DNA of 64,000 nucleotides, taken from sequence record MT811961.1. One strand, written 5' to 3'. Under the pieces are notes generated by a model. The model was given only the letters and a program-made list of their open reading frames with translations. It had not been told where the DNA came from and did no database searches. This document shows positions 1 to 9,568 of the stretch, one piece after another. The translations under genes were made by a program, and so were the position numbers. Position 1 is the stretch's first letter; every line of letters begins with the position of its first letter.

Positions 1-3000
1 AAAGGCAACTGGATAACCATTAAGGTCTTCATTAAACATTGCCAATGTTGGAATGTCTGCCTCACCAGAGCCTGTTGTCTTTTGGTTTGCACTGTGTGCT
101 TCAGAGTAGTAGAACGGTACGTTCTTTTGATCTCGGTTAGACATGCCGTATTGACCCATGCGAACTTTGTTGTTCGTGCGGTCATGACAGATCATGTACG
201 TTTCGTTGTTGTATGTGGTTGCAGCCACCTGTGCAATGTCGGTTAAGGCATCAACTACAACAAACTCTTTGTTAGCCGGAACAGCATCCATGAGCATGCC
301 GCCACTGTTGTTTAAGTAAGTAGCAACCGTAGATACTAAAGGCATTTCCCGCCAACCCAGAGGAATCATTCTTAATTCATCTACTTCACCAAAGTATCTT
401 TGACGAGATGAGCGGAATGGAATATCAGGAACACGTTCTAAGTTACCGCCTTCTCCAAAGAGAATAAGTTTACCTTTACCTGTTGTGATATTGTGTTTCA
501 TCTGCGTAAACAAACCATTGTGACAGAAGATACCTAGTTTAGGCGAGTACTCCATAAGAGCAGAACCTAGTTCTTTATCTCCGTCAGTTTGGTTTACCGA
601 TGCTTGACAGATACCCAGGAAGAGTCTGCCATTGTGTTCGATGAACTTAGGTCGCTTAAAGCCCCAGATACCGTTAACTAAACCACCCTGCCAAAACGCA
701 TATGTCGAAAGCGTTTGAATCGGCTCAATGATTTCTTTTGCAGGATCGAAAGTAAAGATCTCTAATGCCTGGTCAGCTGCCACAGAATGCGGAGTTGACG
801 CGAGCCAAATCTTTCCGTCGTATTCGAACATGTCACAATGGGCCTGTTGACCGCCAGTATCGACACTTGCTACAAGCTCACGAGAGACGCGTGTAGCGCC
901 GTTTTGGTTTTTACCAGTAAAACGTACACGGTATACTCTTAAAGCGCCCTGTGCATTACTACGGTTCGTATCTGTCAGGTTTGACTCTACTAGATAGTTA
1001 ACACCACCGGTTGTACGTAAACCAGCCACTGAACCAGCATGTGATTGGATATCTGGTACTGCAACACCACCACCCGAACCATGTTCTTCAAGCTGGCCGA
1101 TGTTTGTAAACAAGAAACGTTGACAGATATCAACACCGCCTTCTACTGGAACAAAGAGGTTAACATAGTGATAGCTGCTGCCTTCTAACTTAACTACGTC
1201 GAGTTCAGTAATCGAAGATTGACCTAAAGTTGCTTTAGCCCCTTCATTAAGATCGATGGTCATGATGCGACTTGTATTCGTCATCAAAATGCCACTGTAG
1301 CTCATGTCACGGAATACACTGATCTTCAAGTCAACAGGACGGTTCTTTGTTGGCTCTGGCTGGTCTGGTTGAGTTGGGTCAGGGGAAGTTCCTGTATTGC
1401 TCGTACCGCCTGGAGGATTGCTACTGTGCAAGACAATCGAGTAAAAGACATTGCCCACTTGGATTGCTCGAGCAGTGAGAACTTGTCTTACACCAGCACC
1501 AGGGATGTTTAACCAGTCATCGTAGTCAAGGGTACGAGAAGCACGTCTTACTGCATTACCAGTACCGAGGTTAAAGATACCGATTCTTGTTCTTCCGGCT
1601 GCACCAGAGTGCCAACCTTTTTGTTTCGTGTAGATAACCATTGCTACGTTTGATGTACCATCATTAACAATAGATATCGAAGAGCGTCCTTCCGTATAGA
1701 CATCGGTTAGGTCGTCATTTTGACCAGTCCATCTCATTCCAGAAGAGGTAATCTCATAGATGTTGATGCGGCCTTTTCCGTTCAATGCACTTTCATCCCA
1801 AACATCGAGACGTGGTTTGATGATTACAAACTTTTGGCCGGACGAGTTTGTGAATGGGATAATTTCGTCCAAGTTGGGCATCGATGAAATATTTCGATAC
1901 GGGGTGATTTCTTTAAGATGCTTTGAGTTTACAAATGTAAAGCCAGACGGGGTATTGTATTCTCCCTTTAGCATGAACGGATTGTATTCACGTTTAGCAA
2001 AGTTACCGCCATAATACTTTTCACTGATTGGTCGCGTGTCATCTGTCTTAAGACTAAAGTAATGTTTCATACCTCCAGCATCAATAAAGATACCTGCTGT
2101 AACTCGCGTCCCTAAGTTATGGCTAATAAACGGATTAGACGCCGTGTTTGTAGGTACGGTAAAGTCCATGACCTCAATACCGCCCTGTGGGCTATTTGGC
2201 AAGTGTACTGCCACGTGTGTTTTCTGTGCAGCAGTGATCTTCCATTTGCCACCAGAGATCGTGTAGTTCACGTTTACTACGTTTGTACGTGTTCGGTCGA
2301 ATTGCCAGTCGTACTTGCGGTTGTTCATGTAGTATGTGTACTTGCCCATCTGCGTTAAACCAGTACTCGCAGTAGGTACTGTCATGACAACTCCATCTGT
2401 ACCAGCAATTGTAAATGTGTACGCACTGCTGTCTAAGATGTTGTGTGTTTCTGCCGATGGTTCTGCCTCTACAAGCGTACCATCAAAGATGATTTCACTT
2501 TGGTGTCCATTTGACACAAGGTCAGGTGAAGTATAGATGCCCGTATCGATATCGTAGTTACCTGCAAACGAGCCTGTGTATTCTGGAATGAACTGAAAAT
2601 CAAAGATGGTTACGTTACCTCGGTCATTCGGGAATGTACCATCCAAGTTACCGATTTTTAACTTACCAGGGGCAACGCCAACAAACTGGTTTGCCGTACC
2701 AGAGGAACCAGTCGTGGTCGAATCCGGTTCTCTTCCATCCACGGTCGTATAGAACGTACCGCTTGATTCGGTAGATGAAACATGCAGTGTCAGGATACGT
2801 CCCGATGCACTGTCATTAAGGTTATGGTAATGAATGTGCTTTTGGTTATTGCTTGCAGTAAAGTGCGTTACAATCAACAGGCCAGCTTCTACTCGAACTG
2901 TAAAAGCACTATTCGGATAATCTTCTCGATGCATACGGATGAAAGTAATCGTGCCATCTTGTGCACCGTCAATCGCAAAGCGGACTTTCAAAGCCCAAGT

Positions 3001-3195
3001 TGTCAGATTACCAGAATAAGCAAACTCATAAACATGCTCAGTACTACGGTCAGAAATATCATCTGAAGAAAGTGAGATGCCACTACCTACATTTCCGTAG
3101 GCTTCGATATAAGAAGGTTTACTGGAGTAACCACAGTCTTCCCATTCTTTGTTGAGGGCTTTGCCGATTGCAAAGTTTACAAAAGGATATGACAT
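1..3195 (-). CDS. Large tail fibre / receptor-binding protein, 3'-truncated by the window edge (>=1065 aa)
   Basis: Manual translation from the ATG at 3195 (MSYPFVNFAIGKALNKEW...) stays open to base 1 with no stop, which is why the ORF track omits it. The protein is Gly/Thr/Ser-rich and beta-rich, has a Pro/Thr linker near 1340-1420, and is co-oriented downstream of tail fibre genes. Confidence 0.8.
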   Translation of the reverse strand, partial: MSYPFVNFAIGKALNKEWEDCGYSSKPSYIEAYGNVGSGISLSSDDISDRSTEHVYEFAYSGNLTTWALKVRFAIDGAQDGTITFIRMHREDYPNSAFTVRVEAGLLIVTHFTASNNQKHIHYHNLNDSASGRILTLHVSSTESSGTFYTTVDGREPDSTTTGSSGTANQFVGVAPGKLKIGNLDGTFPNDRGNVTIFDFQFIPEYTGSFAGNYDIDTGIYTSPDLVSNGHQSEIIFDGTLVEAEPSAETHNILDSSAYTFTIAGTDGVVMTVPTASTGLTQMGKYTYYMNNRKYDWQFDRTRTNVVNVNYTISGGKWKITAAQKTHVAVHLPNSPQGGIEVMDFTVPTNTASNPFISHNLGTRVTAGIFIDAGGMKHYFSLKTDDTRPISEKYYGGNFAKREYNPFMLKGEYNTPSGFTFVNSKHLKEITPYRNISSMPNLDEIIPFTNSSGQKFVIIKPRLDVWDESALNGKGRINIYEITSSGMRWTGQNDDLTDVYTEGRSSISIVNDGTSNVAMVIYTKQKGWHSGAAGRTRIGIFNLGTGNAVRRASRTLDYDDWLNIPGAGVRQVLTARAIQVGNVFYSIVLHSSNPPGGTSNTGTSPDPTQPDQPEPTKNRPVDLKISVFRDMSYSGILMTNTSRIMTIDLNEGAKATLGQSSITELDVVKLEGSSYHYVNLFVPVEGGVDICQRFLFTNIGQLEEHGSGGGVAVPDIQSHAGSVAGLRTTGGVNYLVESNLTDTNRSNAQGALRVYRVRFTGKNQNGATRVSRELVASVDTGGQQAHCDMFEYDGKIWLASTPHSVAADQALEIFTFDPAKEIIEPIQTLSTYAFWQGGLVNGIWGFKRPKFIEHNGRLFLGICQASVNQTDGDKELGSALMEYSPKLGIFCHNGLFTQMKHNITTGKGKLILFGEGGNLERVPDIPFRSSRQRYFGEVDELRMIPLGWREMPLVSTVATYLNNSGGMLMDAVPANKEFVVVDALTDIAQVAATTYNNETYMICHDRTNNKVRMGQYGMSNRDQKNVPFYYSEAHSANQKTTGSGEADIPTLAMFNEDLNGYPVAF

Positions 3196-3215
3196 TTTTT
3201 ATTCATCCTAGTCAT

Positions 3216-3233
3216 GCCCCTCCGAAGAGGGGC
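3216..3233 (-). promoter_or_regulatory. GC-rich hairpin with cUUCGg loop and no U-tract (processing/stabilising hairpin or weak terminator)
   Basis: The minus strand reads GCCCCTC-TTCG-GAGGGGC between two tail genes. Confidence 0.5.
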
Positions 3234-3241
3234 GTGTAGTT

Positions 3242-6200
3242 TTAAATGTAAGTCGTTACGTTATAGAAGACCTGACTGCCAATACAAACACCTTGAATAA
3301 GGTTATAGGTATTACGAAGCAAGTTAAGTTCTTCTGAACCCGCTGAACGCTTCCAACTCGACGGGATGTTGATTGCACGATTACCTGTGCCATCTTGTCG
3401 CAAGAGGAAGAAGAACGTTTGTGTTGTACCAGGCATTGTCGTTACGGAAATGTTTGTCGTACCGTTGATCGTACGAGACACCGTATTCTCACCTTCAGTA
3501 AAGTCAATATTAATATTGTTACTTGAACTGTAGTTAATCTTACTAAACGTTTTCGTACGGTTCTTTGTGATCCAAACACCATTACCTCGGTTAACGAGTT
3601 CTACGTACTCACCAGGCATGCGTAGGTACTCGTAGTCAGCAGCGTTAATCCCGTCGATTGTACCACCACTAAAACCAACCCATCGGCCGTTTGTGTTTGT
3701 ACCTTCACGACAGGTAACTGCGACCACTGAGTTGAGCTCGATACCTGAGGCAGGCAAAGTAATACGACGTGCTGCACCCATGCTCTGTAGGGTAAACGAA
3801 TACCCAAAGTTCGCTTGTGCAGTATGTGCTGTTGTGGTATCTATCCAAGTCAGGTTTGTTACCAGATCAAGCTTTCCGTTGTCAGTATTAATGCGCAAAG
3901 ACGAACTGGTGATTGTCCATGTATTGTACTGCTCACTGAACGTAAATGTGACCTCGGCCACTTCTGGCGGAATACGGAACGTCTTGCCCGCCTGGTTCAT
4001 CATTTCGTTCGTACCTTGAACACGCACATTTACCACATTGTTCTTAAAGATACGGTACTGGTGTTCATAGATCGTAATCTCGTCACCCTGTACTGCATTG
4101 GTCGGCAATGAAACAGTCATGGCCTTGTTGATTGGTACCTTTGAGTTTGGCCAAGGACTACCAGTATCTACAGGATAGGTATACTTGTTGTCACCATCAG
4201 GAGTCAATACAGGGAACCAACGCAAGCCAGCTTCATCGTAGCGTCCTTCAAACAAGATCATACCGCCATTGGCCGCGAGGCGCATATAAGAACGACCAGC
4301 GCCACCAATCAAAGGCGACGAAACCGTAATCGGATAACGACGAGACATGCCATATTCATCAACAAGACAGATTTGGTCACCTGCTTTTGAAGGACTCGGC
4401 AATACAACAGAAACACCAGCGGAACCAACACGGACATTATGCAAGTAACCATTCACTGCGGTGAAGTTACTCGTACGGCGATCATAATGATGAATGCCAC
4501 GTAACCAGTTTTGAAGCTTTGGTGTATTGCCTGTACTAGAGACGTTACGATAGTCCTGATAGGTTTCCGATACCGTTACCCAGCCTTCGGTTACGCGTTC
4601 CAGCTCTAGACGAACATAGCCTTTGCTAAACGTGCGCTCACCCCAACCATCGAGAGTACCAGTCTGAGGAACAAGTCGAATCTGTCTGCCTGCCCAGCCG
4701 CCATCATAGTCATAGATGACTACTCGCTCACCTTGTTTTGTGTGATCTGAATCCAAAGTGATTACGGCATTACCACCGAAGTCGGCACGATAGGAGAAAC
4801 CACCATAAGCTTCAAAGCTCGTGGTCTTTGTTTTAACTGCAATAGCAGAACCGTTCGTTTCGGCCAGGTACCATTTCTTCGTATTGCCAGTTTTCTTGAT
4901 ACGGAAACACCAAGACTCACTACCACCCATTAGAAGGTCGCCCTCTAATACATCGCCAGATGGACCTTTAACAAGGAAAAGGTTGGTTGATGCCTGTGCC
5001 GTATTCGAAACGTTGATAAGTCGGATAATCCCGCCTTCAGTTACGTTCGCCGGGTCAGGCAAGTTAATCGTAAACGAGCCAGAGGTTTGGATACGGTAAC
5101 CGGTATATGGGGCAGCGGTAAATGTACCTGTTTTATCTTCCCAGTGATGGACGTCTGTATATGTGTTACTTGACAGTGCATCCCAACGGTTAGTCTTTGC
5201 ATTAAAGATCGCTACGATGTGACCAAAACGTTCTGACAACACAACACGAGAACCATATGGGTACGAACTCTTAACACCAAAATCAACAGTCAATGGATTA
5301 AGATGCCATGTACCACGAGAGTCAGAGATATAGATCTTTTGTCCTGGACGTGGGTCAGCAGGCAACGTGATCGTAAAGGCCCCACCTGTGGTATTAGCAG
5401 GCGTTGTACGGTCTTCTTGTGCTGACATTTGGAATGAAGCGGTTCTTTCTTCATCCATGTAGCCATACTCGTATGTATTGTCACTTACGATAATCCATTT
5501 AGGAAGACCTTTGATGTGACGACACAATACAGTGACGCTACCGTAGTCATTGCCGATTTCGTACTCGCGTAGATTGCCATCAATGATTGCGTCTGAGCAA
5601 GCAAGCTTTAGTTTCTTAGCAAGACCTGCACCCACACCGTCGATGAAACGAACCATTGCACCATCTGGGGCATAGTTAGGCAATGTAAGCGTACAGTTAG
5701 TATCAGCCGTCAGTACATACTCTGTACGAGGTTGTGCTGTTGTACTACCTGTAATTTCAACAGACCCGACAAAACCAGATTCGTTTGTTACTGGGCTGCC
5801 ATTAAGGATAACATAGCCGATTGCTGAGCTGACATAAAACAACTCAAGAAAACCATCTTCACTGTTTACACGCAGGTCTTCTGACTTGCCGTCGATATTG
5901 TGTGTAGATGAAATAGTAAATGGAAACTTGTACCAGCTGTGCGTCGGATCAAAAAAGATGATATGATCACGAGGTACTGCTAGGTTATCGAGTGTGATTT
6001 TAAAACCACCACTGGATGTATCAACCGGAACATAAGCACTACCCGTTTGAGTATAAGCAGCATTCTTGCGCTCAACCAATGGCAGGTTGTCTTGTCCGAA
6101 TCGAACCCAGCGACCATTGATATAAATCTCGCCGTAACCGGTTGTTTCATCGCCTCGTATTTCACCAGGCAATGGAGTTGGGTTACGTTCTGATTGCGGA

Positions 6201-6268
6201 CCACATGGCGCGGCCAACTGACCATCACGATCAATCTGTAGGGCCCGCATGTTAGTAGGATTACGCAT
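3242..6268 (-). CDS. Tail fibre protein with T4 gp34-like N-terminal-type repeats (1008 aa)
   Basis: About 8 repeats of the type (D/N)TxxGxFTITLPxxPxxGxxIxxxD, e.g. NTTGGAFTITLPADPRPGQKIYISD and VSVVLPSPSKAGDQICLVD. An AAGGAA Shine-Dalgarno lies upstream. Confidence 0.75.
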   Translation of the reverse strand: MRNPTNMRALQIDRDGQLAAPCGPQSERNPTPLPGEIRGDETTGYGEIYINGRWVRFGQDNLPLVERKNAAYTQTGSAYVPVDTSSGGFKITLDNLAVPRDHIIFFDPTHSWYKFPFTISSTHNIDGKSEDLRVNSEDGFLELFYVSSAIGYVILNGSPVTNESGFVGSVEITGSTTAQPRTEYVLTADTNCTLTLPNYAPDGAMVRFIDGVGAGLAKKLKLACSDAIIDGNLREYEIGNDYGSVTVLCRHIKGLPKWIIVSDNTYEYGYMDEERTASFQMSAQEDRTTPANTTGGAFTITLPADPRPGQKIYISDSRGTWHLNPLTVDFGVKSSYPYGSRVVLSERFGHIVAIFNAKTNRWDALSSNTYTDVHHWEDKTGTFTAAPYTGYRIQTSGSFTINLPDPANVTEGGIIRLINVSNTAQASTNLFLVKGPSGDVLEGDLLMGGSESWCFRIKKTGNTKKWYLAETNGSAIAVKTKTTSFEAYGGFSYRADFGGNAVITLDSDHTKQGERVVIYDYDGGWAGRQIRLVPQTGTLDGWGERTFSKGYVRLELERVTEGWVTVSETYQDYRNVSSTGNTPKLQNWLRGIHHYDRRTSNFTAVNGYLHNVRVGSAGVSVVLPSPSKAGDQICLVDEYGMSRRYPITVSSPLIGGAGRSYMRLAANGGMILFEGRYDEAGLRWFPVLTPDGDNKYTYPVDTGSPWPNSKVPINKAMTVSLPTNAVQGDEITIYEHQYRIFKNNVVNVRVQGTNEMMNQAGKTFRIPPEVAEVTFTFSEQYNTWTITSSSLRINTDNGKLDLVTNLTWIDTTTAHTAQANFGYSFTLQSMGAARRITLPASGIELNSVVAVTCREGTNTNGRWVGFSGGTIDGINAADYEYLRMPGEYVELVNRGNGVWITKNRTKTFSKINYSSSNNINIDFTEGENTVSRTINGTTNISVTTMPGTTQTFFFLLRQDGTGNRAINIPSSWKRSAGSEELNLLRNTYNLIQGVCIGSQVFYNVTTYI

Positions 6269-6277
6269 TGTGATTCC

Positions 6278-7180
6278 TTATTTAATACTTAGCGGTTTAG
6301 TCAAGAACTTACCAGCCTTGCTTGACAGTGCACGAAGAACTGGACGACCATTGCTTACATTAGAACTAAAGGTAACCGTAACAGTACCCACTTTCACCGT
6401 ATTGATTTCGGCATGACTTGCAGATGAACCAGCAACAATGTTTATCAGCGTGCTCGTATGTGCCGAGCCATCATCTGCATCAAAGCATACTTGGAGGATA
6501 CCTGCGGGACCATACATATGTACATAGATATCTTCTGGGGCACCTGCATTGACTTCTTTCTCTGTAAACTTCGTAGACATGAAATCTGCCATGTCTTCTT
6601 TTAACTGGTTTACAATCGCCAGTAGTTCGGTTACTTTTGGTCCAAGGTTATCATTGCTTGTATATGGATTAGCCATGGCTTTAACCATGCGGTCCATCTG
6701 ACCGACCATAACTTCAAGCAAACCTTTTTCACCAAGATCAGGATGGCGCTGGATAATCTCCCAAAAGTTAGTTTGGCCCATTACACCCAACCAAGAGCGA
6801 AGATCTTTGCGATCTAGTGCGGCACCCTTGTTTGTGATTTCCTGCAAAAGGAAGTCGTCTTCATACTGACCAACAAGCTGGTAGTTTAAACGGATCTGTG
6901 TATGGTTCTTATCAACAAGCAGGATATAGGTGATCGTATCCATTCGCGTGGATGCCGAAACACTCAGAAATAAAGGAGAGTAAACATAATCCTTTTGTTC
7001 TTCTAGTTCTACCCAGGCACCGGCTTGAAGTGATTCTACTTTCATCTTTTCCGCATAGACTGGCCCATGTAGTGGAAATACCGAAATGTCCACGGACGTA
7101 TCCACGGCATGTACTTCATCTTGGATAGCATTGGCAGCTGCCTGACCGGTTGGGTCGTAAGGATATTGATTGGCTGGCAT
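6278..7180 (-). CDS. phiKZ-like virion structural protein, YPYDPTG family (300 aa)
   Basis: The N-terminal YPYDPTGQAAANAIQDE motif is shared with the neighbouring gene and is typical of phiKZ-like baseplate/tail proteins. Confidence 0.6.
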   Translation of the reverse strand: MPANQYPYDPTGQAAANAIQDEVHAVDTSVDISVFPLHGPVYAEKMKVESLQAGAWVELEEQKDYVYSPLFLSVSASTRMDTITYILLVDKNHTQIRLNYQLVGQYEDDFLLQEITNKGAALDRKDLRSWLGVMGQTNFWEIIQRHPDLGEKGLLEVMVGQMDRMVKAMANPYTSNDNLGPKVTELLAIVNQLKEDMADFMSTKFTEKEVNAGAPEDIYVHMYGPAGILQVCFDADDGSAHTSTLINIVAGSSASHAEINTVKVGTVTVTFSSNVSNGRPVLRALSSKAGKFLTKPLSIK

Positions 7181-7191
7181 TGTCTATCTCC

Positions 7192-8181
7192 TTAGTTGTC
7201 GATACGAATTGCTTTGATGTGTGCGCCTTGGCCCACTTCGGCAATCTTAAAAGATGGAACAATGGCATCTTTGACCATTGCTTGTAGTTTTACTGTCGCG
7301 TTTGCAGGAAGCGCCACGATAGCCCCGCGTACATAACTTTCATCTACCGCACCGCCATTAACAACAAAGCGATAACAGTGACGAGACGTAATCGGGAAGA
7401 TCGGTTGTTCTAAGGCTGACCAGTCAACGACATAGCTACCTGCTTCAACAATACCAATAGAAAGGCCTGTATCAACCCATATACCAGGATTCATTGCACC
7501 AAGGTCAACAACTACATTGCCTTGGAAGTGATCGTATTCATGTGGTAGGCGCTTCTGTAGCGTAAGTCCACGAATAGCTCCAGCAATGTCTCCGATACCG
7601 CTAATGAACGGAACAATGAATTGTACATCCAAGTCTTGTACGTCAGAAAGCGTCAAGCTATTGAATGGGTCAGCCAAAGCATCACGGATTTGCTGCATGA
7701 TTGTAATTACATCTGCAACCGCATCTAGGTCAGTCAATGGTTGAGTATGATGAGTTGGTGGGAAGGTAATATCTGTACCTGTCAGCTCAGTCCAGTCAAC
7801 ATGGATTAAATCGTTTAGTACGCCATAGCCATGATCAATTGCTTGCGTAATCGAAGTAACGAAATCACCACCTAGGGTATTGTAAGCAAATCGGAATTTA
7901 CCAGTGCGGTTTGGATCCAGAAACGTTACAGAGCCATAAACACCTAGGGCAAGGTTATCCTCAGCCTCTTGGAATTTATGAGTTAAAATATAATCGGTGC
8001 CTTCTTCTAAAAACTGGCTCGATGCCAGATCCAGAATACGCAACGAATGACCAAAGAATGGTGCATTGTGCGGAACGAGGTAGTTGAGGTTAACGCCATT
8101 TACGGAGATAATTTCTTGGTCTTCGTTAATGATGCGGTTACTCGCTGCTCGTCCAGTTTGATCAAATGGATAGATTGCCAT
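7192..8181 (-). CDS. phiKZ-like virion structural protein, YPFDQTG family (329 aa)
   Basis: N-terminal YPFDQTGRAASNRIINE, then PHNAPFF...LEEGTDY. Apparent paralogue of 6278..7180. AGGAG SD upstream. Confidence 0.6.
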   Translation of the reverse strand: MAIYPFDQTGRAASNRIINEDQEIISVNGVNLNYLVPHNAPFFGHSLRILDLASSQFLEEGTDYILTHKFQEAEDNLALGVYGSVTFLDPNRTGKFRFAYNTLGGDFVTSITQAIDHGYGVLNDLIHVDWTELTGTDITFPPTHHTQPLTDLDAVADVITIMQQIRDALADPFNSLTLSDVQDLDVQFIVPFISGIGDIAGAIRGLTLQKRLPHEYDHFQGNVVVDLGAMNPGIWVDTGLSIGIVEAGSYVVDWSALEQPIFPITSRHCYRFVVNGGAVDESYVRGAIVALPANATVKLQAMVKDAIVPSFKIAEVGQGAHIKAIRIDN

Positions 8182-8314
8182 TTTGATGCTCCTAAATTTT
8201 TTGCAAAAAATCTAACCACGAACCAGATGGCGTCCCGTCTGATTCTCGATGTGGTTCACTTAATTTGTCCACCCAGTATGGTTAATTTTATAGTCTAAAC
8301 TAAAGGAAAAGACC

Positions 8315-9526
8315 ATGTATATTTTGAATCGCTCCTATGTCTTCGATAGCTTTTTCGGCTCTTGGGACAGAAAGGATTTAAGTTTGTACAAGATCAGTGA
8401 GATAATGAAGTTTCCTGATTTTAAACTTATCCTCAGCCTACAAACGGAACCAGATAAAGAATTCGTAGTAATGAAAGAAGCGTTGCTAGAATACAACAAT
8501 GACTTTACTGGACGTTTTGCCTTAGCCGTATGGCTATCTGAATTTACCGAAGATCGACTACGTCGCTCTGATCGTCCTACTAACTTGCGTAATGTTAAAC
8601 ACGTATGGGCCAGAGAACTATTCCGAACCGGTGCTTGTGTACATAATGCCCGTATTCAGGGAGAGGACCTAGAACTACAATCGAGTCGTGTTGGTGCTCA
8701 GGTCTATGCTCCTGCTTATATGTACAAGAACTGCCTCATGGCAATCAACCGTCGAGTATTTAGAATCAGCAAGCTATTGAACAAATACTTTATCTATCAT
8801 GCTGGAGACTGGCTGCGAGATCAGCCTGACTATTCTGTTGGGATTATTGACTTTCAACAACTAGGCGGAATCGAAACGTTTGACATTGTTCCTGAGATGG
8901 TCACTGAGATTACCACAGAAACGGACAAGCTTAATCGACGTATACGCATTAGCATTAAGTTACCAGAGGAAGTAACCGGCAAGACGCCGTTCGTTGTTAC
9001 AGACGGACATCTTTCTATCTTGGATGGTAGCATCTTCCAAGCCAATGCTGATACCTTTGTCGTTACTTATGACAAAAAGCGTCTTGTAGAGAATGCACTC
9101 ATCGACAAGGATATCGGTGAACGACTTCCATATATGAGTAGTGCCAATATCTCAGAAGGCGGTGCACGTATTGATACTCTGGATATTGTTAAGTTAGTTA
9201 CAAACAACCGAAGCTTCTTTGGCTTTGTTAATCATGCCGACTTACTTGTGAAGTTCGAGGACATTCCAGTAAGTTCGAAGGGTACGTCTTATACCCACTA
9301 TCGCATCCCTAAAGGTATCTGTTACTTCGACAACGGTGAGATGGCACAGCCAACGGTATTTAACTACAACCAACATCATGCGACCTTAACCGTTCATGAT
9401 AGTATCCGCAAAGAATGGATGCACGATACATCTGACTGGACAGAGACAAAAGCCAAGTCTAAATCCGGCAAAGGCGGCAAGTTAAGTTTCCGTAATCTTT
9501 ACATCAAAGATATTTACTACTTCTAA
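8315..9526 (+). CDS. Probable virion structural protein (403 aa)
   Basis: Long ORF with an AAGGA SD. It sits beside the SbcC gene, as is usual in phiKZ-like phages. No enzymatic motif recognised. Confidence 0.5.
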   Translation: MYILNRSYVFDSFFGSWDRKDLSLYKISEIMKFPDFKLILSLQTEPDKEFVVMKEALLEYNNDFTGRFALAVWLSEFTEDRLRRSDRPTNLRNVKHVWARELFRTGACVHNARIQGEDLELQSSRVGAQVYAPAYMYKNCLMAINRRVFRISKLLNKYFIYHAGDWLRDQPDYSVGIIDFQQLGGIETFDIVPEMVTEITTETDKLNRRIRISIKLPEEVTGKTPFVVTDGHLSILDGSIFQANADTFVVTYDKKRLVENALIDKDIGERLPYMSSANISEGGARIDTLDIVKLVTNNRSFFGFVNHADLLVKFEDIPVSSKGTSYTHYRIPKGICYFDNGEMAQPTVFNYNQHHATLTVHDSIRKEWMHDTSDWTETKAKSKSGKGGKLSFRNLYIKDIYYF

Positions 9527-9533
9527 AAATAAT

Positions 9534-9568
9534 AAGCTACCGGCCCCCTTGCGGGGGCCGGTTAGCTT
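9534..9568. terminator. Hairpin terminator between convergent genes
   Basis: AAGCTACCGGCCCCC-TTGC-GGGGGCCGGTTAGCTT. Confidence 0.7.
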
